Assembly: GCF_044704955.1 (NCBI RefSeq)
Contig: NW_027251299.1
Coordinates: forward strand, 744,001-808,000
Direction: 5' to 3'
DNA from: Pristiophorus japonicus
Lineage: Eukaryota
DNA length: 64,000 bases
Position 1 is the first letter of the stretch; every line of letters starts with the position of its first letter. The notes under the pieces were generated by a model. The model worked only from the letters and a program-made list of their open reading frames with translations, was not told the DNA's origin and did no database searches. The position numbers and the translations under genes are program-made. This document shows positions 23,819 to 36,419 of the stretch, piece by piece.

Positions 23819-24219
23819 CCTTGTTTCTCTCCGCTGTGAATCCACTGCAGTTCCAGGGGTTTCGTGGACTGAGTGAATCCCTTCGCACGCCCGTGGCAGG
23901 TAAATAATCTCTCTCCAGTGTGAACTCTTTGGTGTGTCAGCAGATGGAACGAGTGCGTAAAAGACTTTCCACAGTAAGAGCCTCTGAGTTGTAGCTCTCG
24001 TCAGTGTGAATTATCGCGTGCTTCTGCACGCCGGATGAATTATTGATTTGCTTCCCACACACGGCACAGAACTCCCTCCCGATGATGTGAACACGCTGAT
24101 TATTTTCCAAATATCACTATTACTACCCTAACGCTTTTGGACTTCACAATAACTTGCCTAAATTATTGCTCCTTGATTTCTCTCCCAACGCATCATTTGT
24201 CGGCGTGGAAGTAAGCCCT

Positions 24220-25463
24220 CTTCATGCTTGACCAAACTTCAAGAATTTTTTGAGGATTTAACGAGTAGAGTGGACAAGGCGGAACCAGTGGTTGTGGTGT
24301 CTTTCAAAAAGCGCTGGACAAGGGCCCACACAAGAGATGGTTGTACAACATTAATGCACATGGTATTGGTGGTAATATTTTGATGTGGGTAGAGATCTAA
24401 TTGGCACACAGGAAACAGAGTCTCGGGATGAACGGGTCCTTTTAAGAAAGGCAGGCAGTGACTAGTGGGGTGCAGATGGGCTCAGTGCTGGGACCCCAGC
24501 AATTTACAATATACATCGATGATTTAGGTGAAGGAATTGTGTGTAATATCTCCCAGTTTGAAAATGATACCAAGGTGGGTGGCGGTGTGAGTTGTGAGGA
24601 ATATGCTAAGAGGCTGCAGGTTGACATGGACAGGTTCGGTGAGTGGGCAAATACATGGCAGATGAGGTATAATGTGGATAATTGTGAATTTATCAATTTT
24701 GGTGGCGAAAACGTGAAGGCAGAATATTATCTGAATGGTGGCTGATTAGGAAAAGGGGAGGTGCAACGAGACCTGGGAGTCATGGTGCAACTGTTATTGA
24801 AAGTTGGGAACTGGTGAACAATACAAATGACATGTTCGCGTTCATAGCGAGGGGATTTGAGTATTGGAGCAGGGAGGACTTACTGCAGTTGTACAGGGCC
24901 TTGGTGAGACATCACCTGGATTATTATGATCAGGTTTGGTGTCCTAATCTGAGGAAGGACGGTCTTGCTATTGAGAGAGTGCAGCGAAGTTTCACCAGAC
25001 TTATTCCCGGGATGCATGGCTGGCATATGAGAAGAGATTGGATCCACTGGGCCTGTATTCACTGCAGTTTAAGTGAATGTGAGGGGACCTCTTAGAAACA
25101 TAAAAAATTCTGACGGGACTGGACAGTTTAGATGCAGAAAGAATGCTCCCAATGTTGGGGAAGTCAAAGCTACTGGTCACAGTCTAAGGATAATGCGTAA
25201 GACATTTAGGACCGAGATAAGGAGAAATCTTTTCACTCAGAGAGTTGTGAACCTGTGGAATTCACTACCACAGAGAGTTGTTGATGCCAATTCGTTAAAT
25301 ATATTCAAAATATGGCCCTTACAGATGGATCAATGGGTATGGAGAGAAAGCAGGAACGGGGTACTGAGGTGAATGAACAGTCATGATCTGATTGAATGGT
25401 GGTGCAGTCTCGAAAGGCCGAATGGCCTACTCCTGCACCTATGTTCCATGTTTCTATGTTTCT
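24220..25463 (+). mobile_element. CR1 LINE, 5'-truncated
   Basis: GSVLGP, IYIDDL and NDTK RT motifs and 3' tail. Confidence 0.9.
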
Positions 25464-25656
25464 ATATTTCGTGGGACTGCCTATGATGCTGATGGTGATT
25501 CACCCGGACTGCAGACCCCTCATAGGCCGGCCGTTGTAGACAGTGTGTGAGTGAGAGTGTTATTATTCACGCGAATCACTGGTCACGCCGGGGAGAGCAG
25601 CTCGCCCACAATATCAGGACACAGGGAGTCTGATGCAGGAACGTTTCTGCGTCTTC

Positions 25657-26558
25657 TCATCGTTTAATTAATTTCAGAATCAGTGTGAAGGGATATTTCC
25701 CTACATTCTTCAACTGCTGTCTGAACTTAGTCTGGGTCACGGCATAAATTGCCATGTTTGTGCAGCAACTCAGCACCTGCAGCATTAATCCAATGTCCAT
25801 TACATAAAAAGGTATATATACAGAATCATAGCCCAAAAAGTACATCTGGGTCCATATAGAATGCACCATAAACACCACCCACAACAGGATGAAATTGCCA
25901 GAGATAACAAACAGTAAAATGATGGAATTCCTGCGGCTGGCCATCTCAGGGTCACTGGGACACTCCCCACTGCTGGCACCCAGGAGTTGCCTGCGGGCTC
26001 TGCTGGCCAATATAATATGTCTGGCGGTGACAGCATTGAGCAGCAGAATCAGAGCAAATGGGACACATGGGGTGAGAATATAATGAAGGAATGTGATTGC
26101 TGTCCAGACCGGTGAATACAGAACATCATTTGTTGCATAGCAAAACCAGGGCATGTTTGAAAGCGTATAGAAACCTGTCAACATAAAATACCAGAAAATG
26201 TTCTTCAACCCGCTCAGCAAAGTCACGGTTCCCAGAACCACAGCCGCCGTTCTCTCGGTGCAATATTTAGTTTTCAGCTTCTGGCAACAAATGGCCACAA
26301 AGCGATCAAAGGTGAAACTGACGGTGAACCAGACAGAACAATCTGTGGCTGCGTGAAGTAAGACGGCGTGAATATTACACACGTGGAAGGACCGCACGAA
26401 ATGTAACTCTTTCTGATAAAGAATCGGAATGTGTCTCAGTATCAGGTCGAGGATAATGACCAGGAGATCCGTCACGGCCATGGCCACCAGATAGCGAGTG
26501 ACACATCTGGAGAGACCGCACTTTCCACGAGGCAAGATCACAATCGTCAGGATGTTAA
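25657..26558 (-). CDS. GPR139/GPR142-like class A GPCR, exon 2 (copy B)
   Basis: Intact 902-nt phase-1 exon with acceptor AG at 26559-26560; joins exon 1 in frame (..VVGFA-V-NILTIVILPRGKCGLS..) giving 360 aa. Confidence 0.9.
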
Positions 26559-26732
26559 CTGTCAGGCAGGGAAATAAACAGGTAAATTAAACATTAATTT
26601 GGGAGCAAGGAATAGACTCCAAACTAAAATAATTAACAATCATTGATAAGTTAATCACCAACTAAATTCATTCATCAGCATTAAATGAGACGACGCATCC
26701 CTCAGTCAATGAGCCGCCAAATGCTTATGTAA

Positions 26733-27070
26733 CATCATCATCATAGGCAGCCGCTCGAAAGCGAGAAAGACTTGCTTCCACGCGAAAAGTGAGTTAACAG
26801 GTGACTGAACTGTCCAACATGGTAATTACAGTCTCTGTCACAGGCGGGACAGAGAGTGGTTGAAGAAAAGGGTGGGTGGGGAGTCTGGTTTGCTGCACGC
26901 TCATTCCGCAGCCCTCGCTTGGTTTCTACATGTTCTCGGCGACGACTCGAGGTGATCAGCGCCCTTCCACATGCACTTTCTCCACTTCGGATTGTCTTTG
27001 GCTAGGAACTACCATGTGTCGGTGGGGATGTTGAATTTTAACATGAAGGCTTTGAGCGTGTCCTTGAAAC
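26733..27070 (-). mobile_element. RTE-clade LINE 3' fragment (duplicate of 7690-8025)
   Basis: Same sequence within the duplication. Confidence 0.8.
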
Positions 27071-27279
27071 GAGCATTTAAAGTATTTGAACACAAATGGA
27101 AGAGATTAATTGCTGCAGCTTTTCACCTGTTGGTTTCCACTTGTGCAGAGAATATTAGACGAGAAAATATGAAAGTTTGTTCATATTCTAAGTACCTAAA
27201 TTAAAATCAGCCGGGGTTGATTATCCTGAAATACAACTATTTTTGATTGAAACTATATATGAATTGCTCCCTCATTATA

Positions 27280-28615
27280 GAAACATAGAAACTATAGAAA
27301 ATTGTTGCAGGAGTAGGCCATTCGGCCCTTCGAGCCTGCACCGCCATTCAATGAGTTCATGGCTGAACATGTAACTTCAATACACCATTCCTCCTATCTC
27401 GCCTTACCCCTTGATCCCCCTGGTAGTAAGTACTGTATCTAACTCCTTTTTGAATATATTTAGTGAATTGTCCTCAACATCTCTCTGTGGTAGAGAATTC
27501 CACAGGTTCACCACTCTCTGGGTGAAGAGGTTTCTCCTCATCTCAGTCCTAAATGGCTTACCCCTTATCCTTAGACTGTGACCCCTGGTTCTGGACTTCC
27601 CCAACATTGGGAACATTCTTCCTGCATCTAAACTGTCTAAACCCGTCAGAATTTTAAACGTTTCTATGAGATCCCCTCTCTTTCTTCTGACTCCATTGAA
27701 TACAAGCCCTGTTGATCCAGTCTTTCTTGATATGTCAGTCCCGCCATCCCGGGAATCAGTCTGGTAATACTTCGCTGCACTCCCTCAATAGCAAGAACGT
27801 CCTTCCTCAAGTTAGTGGACAAAACTGTACACAATACTCCAGGTGTGGCCTCACCAAGGCCCTGTACAACTGTAGCAATACCTCCCTGCCACTGTACTCA
27901 AATCTCCTTGCTATGAAGGCCAACATGCCATTTGCTTTCTTCACCGCCTGCTGTACCTGCATGCAAACCTTCAATGACTGATGTACCATGACACCCAGGT
28001 CTCGTTGCACCTCCCCTTTTCGTAATCTGTCACCATTCATATAATAGTCTGTCTCTCTGTTTTTACCACCAAAGTGGATAACCTCACATTTGTCCACATT
28101 ATACTTCATCTGCCATGCATTTGCCCGCTCACCGAACCTGTCCAAGTCACTCTGCAGCCTCATAGCATCCTCCTCGCAGCTCACACTGCCACCCAACTTT
28201 GTGTCATCTGCAAATTTGGAGTTACTACATTTAATCCTCTCGTCGAAATCATTAATATATAGTGTAAACAGCTGGGACGACAGCATATATCCACTAGTCA
28301 CTGCCTGCCATTCTGAAAAGTAGCCATTTACTCCTAATCTTTGCTTCCTGTCTGACAACCAGTTCTCAATCCACGTCAGCACACTACCCCCAATCCCATG
28401 TGCTTTAACTTTGCACATTAATCTCTTGTGTAGGAACTTGTCGAAAGCCTTCTGAAAGTCCACGTATACCACATCAACTGGTTCTCCCTTGTCCACTCGA
28501 CTGGAAACATCCTCAAAAAATTCCAAAAGATTTGTCAAGCATCATTTCCCTTTCACAAATCCATGCTGACTTGGACCTATCATGTCACCTAATTCCAAAT
28601 GCGCTGCGATGACAT
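27280..28615 (-). mobile_element. CR1 LINE RT fragment (duplicate of 8235-9570)
   Basis: 243-aa RT ORF 27807-28538. Confidence 0.92.
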
Positions 28616-28619
28616 ATAT

Positions 28620-28960
28620 GTGCAATAAAACCGATAACTCTAATCAAATTACACTTTTACCATTGAAGAATCAAATTAAATGTGTTTGCCGGTGTAGTTG
28701 ATGCACTTCAGTCCCTCCAGCACCCACCTCTCGTGGAAGGCCGCGAACATTCCGGTGGACACCGCGTGCTCCATCTCCTGGCTTGAACGTTTCCGCGGAA
28801 GAGAGGGAGGCAGCCGGGTTGAACGATCCTCTCGACCGCCAGCTGCCTGGACCAGCTGATGGTCCGGTTGGCCATGTCCCGGAGCAGTCCGACGATGAGG
28901 ATTCTGACCTCCCGCTCCCCCTCCGCACGAGGGGCCCAAAGATCAGAAGTGCACAGCCGG
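28620..28960 (-). mobile_element. Tx1-clade LINE fragment (duplicate of 9575-9915)
   Basis: EMEHAVSTG motif. Confidence 0.8.
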
Positions 28961-29699
28961 AGGCAACAGATTTTTCCACTCTGTTTCTCGCTGACAGATG
29001 CACTGAACTGAGACAGATCGGCATGGGACCAAATTGCAAATTCAAATTAAAGATTGGAAATAAATGAAAGAAATCTGGCTGAACGAACATTTTGTTTGTG
29101 AATGTTAATGATGCTTGAAATCCTGTTCCACCCATCAGAAGCAGTGCCATTAATGCAGAACTTGAGATGGTGACAAAGGAGACACTGACTGGAACAAAAT
29201 GATCAGAGGATATTTACCCAGCTATAACATAGCGTGGACAGAACAGAGCGAACAGAGTTTCGCTTCCTCTATTCAACTCCAAGTGAGAACAAAAGAGGAG
29301 AAATTGGCTGATAAAAGGAAGGAATAAAATAATAAAAAAATGGACGGCCTCTTATATGATTTCTTAATTATTGCATCACAGAAAATAACGGTAAAACTTT
29401 CACAATAAATAAATATTCATGAACTTCAGGATCTCTGAGATGATTCCAGTGATGCGATGAAGGGACTTCCCAGAAAGGGCTCCCATCTCGCTTCAGGAGT
29501 TCACACCAACATCTCCCTAGAGTACACTGCTCCCTCCCTCAGTCTAGATATTTAATGACCAGGTTCGCCTACATTACACTACACCCACCTCTGTCGAGAA
29601 ATTTCATTCGCAGGTTCGCCTAACTTCCAGTGCTCTCACGTCGGTCCAGGGATTTCATTCCGAGAGGCAAATATTTTCTCTGCTCATGCCTCTGTGATT

Positions 29700-30560
29700 G
29701 GACCTGAGTCTTTGGAAAGAACATCTGATCTTGGCCGCAACTCCACTTCCGTGCCCACTCCACATAACCCTGAACTCCCTCCTCGTTTAAAAATCAGTTT
29801 ATCTCCATTTAATAAGATTCATAGAAGCTGCCTCCACAGCTCTCTGTCGAAGAGAATTCGAAAGATTCACGCCCCCCTGAGAGAATAAATTGCTTCTCAT
29901 TTGTGATTTAAATGGGCGATCCCTTATTCTGAACCTATGTCCCCTGGTTCTAGATTTTCCCCACTAGAGGAAGCATCATCTCTGCGTCTACCCCATCAAG
30001 CCACTATAGAATCTTACACATTTAAATAAGATCACCTCGTAGTTTTCTAAACTCCAATGTACACACACCCATCCTGCTCAACCTTTATTCTTATGACAAC
30101 ATTTTCATCCCAGTAATCAACGTCGTGAACCTTCTCTGAACTGCCTGCAATGAAAGTAAATCCTTCCTTATCTAAAGTGACCAAAACTGTACACAATACT
30201 CCAGCTGTAGTCTTATCGACAACCTGCATTGTTGTAGCAGGACGTCTATATTCTGTCCCACTTGAAATAAAGCCAGACATTCTGCTGCCTTTTCTAATTG
30301 CTAGCTGTACCTACATGCTAACCTTCTGTGCTTTATGTACAACAACCATTGACCAATCTGGACCACAGCAATTTGGAATCCCTCCCCATTTAATAATAAT
30401 TTGCTTATTTATTTTTCATAACAAAGAAGATAACGTCACCTTTTCCACATTATACCCCATCTGCCATTGTTGTGGCCCACCCACTTAGACTATCTATATG
30501 CCTTTGCATATTTTTGCGTCCTCCGCACAACATGCTTTCACACTTATCATTGTATTATCA
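29700..30560 (-). mobile_element. Older CR1 LINE 3' fragment
   Basis: Decayed C-terminal ORF2 sequence. Confidence 0.7.
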
Positions 30561-31030
30561 GTGCTTCGATGCTGGTACACCTGGACAGTTCCATTGGGCG
30601 GGCCACATCTTCCGGATGCCTGACACAAGACTCTCAAGCAAGCGCACTACTCGGAACTCCTACACAATAAGCGAGCCCCAGGTGGGCAGAGAAAACTTTT
30701 GAATGAAACGATCAAAGCCTCCTTGATGAAATGCAACATTCCAACCAACAGCTGAAAGTCCCTGGCCCATAACTGCCTGAAGTGGAGGAAGAGCATCCAG
30801 GAGAGCGTTGAGCACCTCGAGTCTCGTCGCCGAGAGCATGCAGAGACCAAGCGCAGGAGTAAGAAGGAGCGTGTGGCAAACGAGCCCCATCCACCCTTTC
30901 CTTCAACCACTCTCTGTCCCACGTGTGACAGAGATTGTATTTCCATATTGGACTGTTCAGTTACATAAGAACTCATTTTAGAGGAAGCAAGCCTTCCTCT
31001 ATTTAAAGTGACTGTCTACGATGATGATGT
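30560..31030 (+). mobile_element. RTE-clade LINE 3' fragment
   Basis: WAGHIFRMPDTRL motif and (gat)n tail. Confidence 0.85.
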
Positions 31031-32458
31031 TGTATCATCAGCAAATATTTAACATTTAATTTAGATTTTCAAAATTATGATGGGTTTTAAGAGAGCGAGT
31101 AAGTCACAAAGGTTTCCAGTTGCACAATGGTGCAGAACCAGAGGAGACAGGTTTAAGGTAATTGACAAAAGAACCACAGGAGAGATGGGAAGAGTGTTCT
31201 TTATGCAGTGAGCTGTTGCGATCAGGAATGCAATTTGTGAGAACACGGTGGAAGTAGATTCAATCGTTACTTTCGAAAGGGAATTGCTTTATTCGTGGAA
31301 GGAGATATATTTACATTTTTCTGGCTAAAGAGTTGTACATCTGAGATAGTTCTATCCAAGTGGCGGCATGGACACGATGGACCGAGTTGACTTTCTTTGC
31401 TGTATTAATCTAACATTCTATGAGCAAGAGACAAAGAGAGTGAAATGTAGAGAGACAGAATGAAACTGACAGAGAGACAGAGAGGAAGTGAGAAACTTAC
31501 AAAGTGCCAGAATGAATGAGTAAAAGAGAATAGAGAGAGTATGGCTGGAGGACGAATAGAGGGAAGTAAATTAACATTTATTGGGCAATTGGATAAATAC
31601 TTGAAGGGGAAAAAATTGCTGGACTATGGGAATAGAGCAGGGGAATGGGACTAATTGGAGGGGGTGAAACCATGGTGGGAGCTGAACACATGGATGAGAA
31701 TAATAAAAATGAGACATTATTTAATCGGGATCCAATTTTGGTGGAAGAGCAGATTGTTAATGGGTGAACAGGACTTAGTGGAGTTAGGATATGATCAGTA
31801 AATTATTTAACTGAGCTCTAATTTATAATGGACTGTAACTGCGAGGTGGACAAGGAAAGCATTGCAATGGTCAATTACTGTTCAACAAAGTCACTGGGCT
31901 ATTGAGGCGAAGGAATGAGTTGGGCAGTATTATGGAGATGATAGTGGGCAGGACCAGTGATTCAAAGGAGAAGAGGTCAGAACTGAACTCAGGGTAAAAC
32001 AGAATGCCGAATTTGCGAGCAATCTCGATCAGCCTCAGACATTGGCCACAGAGGGGACTAAGTCACTAGATATACAATGTGATGAAAACTTCCAAAGATT
32101 TAAGTGACATACTCAGTAATACAGTGAAATATAGATTAGAGTTATAATTGCTGGATATTGAGACTTACGAGGAACACCAACAACACCAAAGAGTGTGGAA
32201 TAAATTAAAAGAACACTCGTACAATTAACAACGTATGCACAGTTAATAGCTGGATGCAGAGATGTCCCAGGAACAACAACTGAAGCAAAGATGAGAAAGC
32301 AATTTACAAGTCCAGTAATACAGCGAAACATGGTTTGCAGAGTTAATAGTTGGATACAGAGACTACCAGGAAAAACAAATGCAGCAAGGAGGTGGGAGTA
32401 AAATATGAGATAAGTAATACATTGAACCATGGTTACTGGAATAACGAGATAGACTTAC

Positions 32459-32639
32459 CAGCAAAACCAACAACAGCAAGGACGGGATAGTAAATGTATT
32501 GAATAATACGAAATGCATAACGCATTCGCAATACGAATGGTAGTTCCTCATAATGTGCAACAAGATAGTTAAAATACAAGATGAAACTCTTGCCATTTGT
32601 TGTAACATTCCAATCCATTTTTTTCAGATTCTGATCCAT
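32459..32639 (-). CDS. GPR139-like GPCR exon 1 (N-terminus and most of TM1)
   Basis: MDQNLKKMDWNVTT..IQYIYYPVLAVVGFA then G|GTAAGT donor (32453-32458); NVT sequon; phase 1 matches both exon 2 acceptors. Confidence 0.88.
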
Positions 32640-33214
32640 TGTTTTAAAATTCGAATCTACTGTTCTCAGATTCCGACTCGCTCTCTATGGAGCAGTGCGA
32701 TGATCGCTGTTAGTGCCAGAGGTGATGCTATCACTGTGACTATGGGGCAACACATTGAAAGGAGTGCCTTATTAATATGAGCGAGAATCACTCTAGTGAC
32801 ACAATTCTGTAAATAGAGACTTATATTAATTACAGTCACTGAACAACCAGCTTCTGTAAACCCGTGGAGACTGATATTAATTACAGTCCCTGAACAAACA
32901 TTTTGAATTAACCCCTTCAATCCAACACTTTATGTACCACAATAAGGTAGATCTCCTGGAGTAGTTTTGATCACCTGGATAAGTCGGGGCGGAATGTTGC
33001 CAGATACTTTTCCCGAAATTGTCCTGGATTTTAAATAGTTTTTTGCCTCTGCCGGGAGATCACATGGCTCCGGTTGGTTTGGAGTGTAGAATATTTCAGT
33101 TTAAGGTGTGTCACAGTTGTGTGGGGCAGTCTGCTTGTGCTTGGTGATCTTTACTTTTCCTCCATTGTTAATGGTTCAAAAGATTACATGTAAGCTTCAG
33201 GGCTGCTGACGGAT

Positions 33215-33918
33215 GGGACATCAGTCATTGAAGGTTGGCATGCAGGTACAGCAGGCGGTTAAGAAAGCAAATGGCATGTTGGCCTTCATAGCGAGGGGAT
33301 TTGAGTACAGGGGCAGGGAGGTGTTGCTGCAGTTATACAGGGCCTTGGTGAGGCCACACCTGGAGTACTGTGTACAGTTTTGGTCTCCTAACCTGAGGAA
33401 GGACATTCTTGCTATTGAGGGCGTGCAACGAAGGTTCACCAGACTGATTGCCTGGATGGCGGGACTGACCTATCAAGAAAGACTGGATCAACTGGGCTTG
33501 TATTCACTGGAGTTCAGAAGAATGAGAGGGGACCTCAGAGAAATGTTTAAAATTCTGACGGGGTTAGACAGGTTAGATGCAGGAAGAATGTTCCCAATGT
33601 TGGGGAAGTCCAGAACCAGGGGACACAGTCTAAGGATAAGGGTTAAGCCATTTAGGACCGAGATGAGGAGGAAATTCTTCACCCAGAGGGTGGTGAACCT
33701 GTGGAATGTTGTACCACAGAAAGTTGTTGAGGCCAATTCACTAAATATATTCAAAAAGGAGTTAGATGAATCCTTACTACGAGGAGAATCAAGGGGTATG
33801 GTGAGAAAGCAGGAATGGGGTACTGAAGTTGCATGTTCAGCCATGAACTCATTGAATGGTTGTGCAGGCTAGAAGGGCCGAATGGCCTACTCCTGCACGT
33901 ATCTTCTATGTTTCTATG
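33215..33918 (+). mobile_element. CR1 LINE 3' fragment, relatively young
   Basis: Open 219-aa ORF2 C-terminus and tail. Confidence 0.92.
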
Positions 33919-34059
33919 TGAGTCTTTGTCGGCCGTTGCGGACACGATGGGCCGGAAATGGCCTCCTGTGCTGTAAATTTCTATGTTTCTATGTTTCCCT
34001 ATTACTAGTCCGAATGGGATGTATGAGTGTTGCTGAGTGAAGGAATTATGGAAATAGCT

Positions 34060-34940
34060 CAGGCCAGAATCATTAATCCTCCTTGGATATGTCAGTGGTG
34101 ACAGAGGACTGGAGGTTCGCAAATGGTGCACCCTGTTCAAAAAAGGAAAGCGGGATAACACCTGTAGCTACAGGCCAGTCAGACTAACGTCTGTGGTGGG
34201 GAAACTTCTAGAGGCCATAATCCGGTATGAAATTATCTGTCAGTTGGAAAAAACTGGATTAATAAATGACAACCGGCACAAATTGTGTTAATGTTGAAGT
34301 GTTTCTGAAAAACCTGATTCAGTTTTTTGATGTAATAACCTAACGGTTTGATGAGCGGAGTGCAGCTGATGTTGTGAATAACGACTTTCCAAAGGCGTTT
34401 GATAAAATGTCACTTCATCGACTTGATAGGGAAACTGAACCTCATGGAATTAAAGGGACAGTAGCTGTGTGGATACAACATTGGCACCGGAACAAATAAC
34501 AGAGAGTAGTGGTGAAAAGTTGGCGTTCAGACAGAAGGGAAGTATACAGTGTTGAAACCTAGAGTTCTATATTAGTAGCAGTGATCTTTCTGATAGAGAT
34601 TAATAGCCAGGACCTAAGTCTAAAGGCATAATTTCAAATTTGCAGATGTCACGAAACTCAGAAATGCAGTAAGCAGTGGGGAGCATAGCAGACTTCAGGA
34701 GCACAGCGATAGTCTGGTTAAATGGGAGACACATGGCAGGTAAAATTAAACATGTGTGAAGTGATACATTTTGGGAAGGAACATGACAAGAGGCAATATA
34801 AGTTAAAAAATAAATGTTTTAAATGGTGTGTTGGTGCAGAGACACCTGGGAGTCGATGTGCACAAATCTTTGAAGGTGCCAGGTCTGTTAATAAAACTGT
34901 TAAAAACGCAGGAAGAATCTTTGACTTTATGAATCATCGC
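34060..34940 (+). mobile_element. Old CR1 LINE RT fragment
   Basis: Decayed YRPVRLTSVVGKL and DFPKAFDK motifs. Confidence 0.75.
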
Positions 34941-34942
34941 GT

Positions 34943-35312
34943 ATGGTAGCAAAGTGATTGTGCTACTGTACTAATGATCCAGAGACCTGGAGTAAAGATC
35001 CAATGGCATGAGTTCAGATCCAACCAGCTTTGCAATTTAAGGTGAATTAAATAATCTCGAATTAAAATATTGTGTCAGCAATGGTGACCGTGTGGATCTC
35101 GATTGTCATTACACATCTAGTTCAAAAACGTGTTTTCGGGATGTAAATCACCCGCCCTTACGTAGACTGGCATAAATATCACCCCAGTCCCACAGCAATA
35201 TGGTTAACTCTAAATAGCCCTCTCGATGTATCGATGCATTCACCAGCAGCATTAAGGTGGAATTTGGGATGGACAATAAATGCTGCCCACACCACCGATT
35301 CACACATAATGA
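34943..35312 (+). mobile_element. tRNA-derived SINE (SacSINE1/DeuSINE-like)
   Basis: B-box-like gagttcagatcc head and gggatggacaataaatgctg 3' region resembling shark SINEs; recognised by eye only. Confidence 0.5.
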
Positions 35313-35409
35313 AGGTACAATAAAAATCTGTTAAACATCGGTTTATCTCTGCATGACGATTCGGCAGCACACATTAGGAAAGCCTTGGAGAAGGTGTGGA
35401 AGAGATTTA

Positions 35410-35960
35410 ATCACCATCATAGGCAGTACCTCGAAATCGGGGATTGTTTGCTTCAACTCTAAAAGTGAGTTCTTAGGTGATTGAACATATGTGGGAATTA
35501 CGGTCTCTGTAGCAGGTCGGGTAGATAATGGTAGAGGGAAAGGATGGGTGGGACTGGTTTGCCGCACACTCCTTCCGCTCTCTGCGCTGGTTTGCTGCAT
35601 GCTCTTGGCGACGAGACTCGAGGTGCTCAGCGACTTCCTGGATGCTCTTCCTCCATTAGTGCAGTCTTTGGCCAGGGACTCCCAGCTGTGAGTGGGAATG
35701 TTGCTCTTTTTCAAGGAGGCTTTGAGGGTGTTCTTGCAACGTTTGCTGTGCCCACGTGGCGCCTGTTTGTCTTGTAGGAGTTCCAAGTAGAGCGCTTGCT
35801 TTGCGAGTCTCGTTTCAGGCATGCGGACAATGTGGCCCGCCCAGCGGAGCTGATCAATTGTGCTCAGTGCTTCGCTATGGTGGTGCTGGCCTGATCAAGG
35901 GCGCTAACGTCTGACATCCCAAGGGATCTGCAGGATCTTGAGGAGTCATAGGTATGTATC
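35410..35960 (-). mobile_element. RTE-clade LINE 3' fragment
   Basis: MPETRLAKQALYLEL..KNTLKASLKK motif. Confidence 0.85.
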
Positions 35961-36419
35961 CAGTAATTTGTGGTAACTACTTCATACTATCCACGTTTGT
36001 GATCCGTAAAGTAGGCTGGCTATGTCTACATTCCCGTAGACCATGTGCTTGGTGCCAGATTTTATGGCGTGATCTTCCAACACTCTCTTCCTCAGGTGAC
36101 CGAAGGCTGCGCTGGTGCACTGGTACCCGCAGAGAGACTTATAAGGAGACATAAGCAACTGTGATTTTTCCCGTTCGCTCAGAGAATATTAACGTGAGAT
36201 TTAATAGAGGTTTTCAAGACTATGAGGGCTTTGGATAAAGTAACTGAAGAGAAACTCTGCCAGTGGTAAAAGAGTTGTTAACCAGAGGGAAGAGTTTTAC
36301 GAAAATTAGCAGAGGGTAGATGAGGAGAATTTGTCTTACACTGCGAGTTTGCATGACCTGGATTGTTCTCGCTGAAAATGGGATGGAAGCAGATTTAACA
36401 ATAACTTTTAAAATTTTCA

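Larger units (their letters stand above)
18850..24100 (-). pseudogene. C2H2 zinc-finger gene remnant in three pieces (23822-24100, 22636-22725, 18850-18927) separated by CR1 insertions
   Basis: Minus-strand translations CAVCGKQ..HAIIHT, YCGKSFTHSFHLLTHQRVHTGERLFTC, SRLMVHQ*VDTEE and FTCSQCGKG, with stops and frameshifts. Confidence 0.75.
24767..29948. other. Segmental duplication copy B (likely parent)
   Basis: Same content as 5720-10902; flanking CR1s continue beyond both breakpoints only in this copy. Confidence 0.93.
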
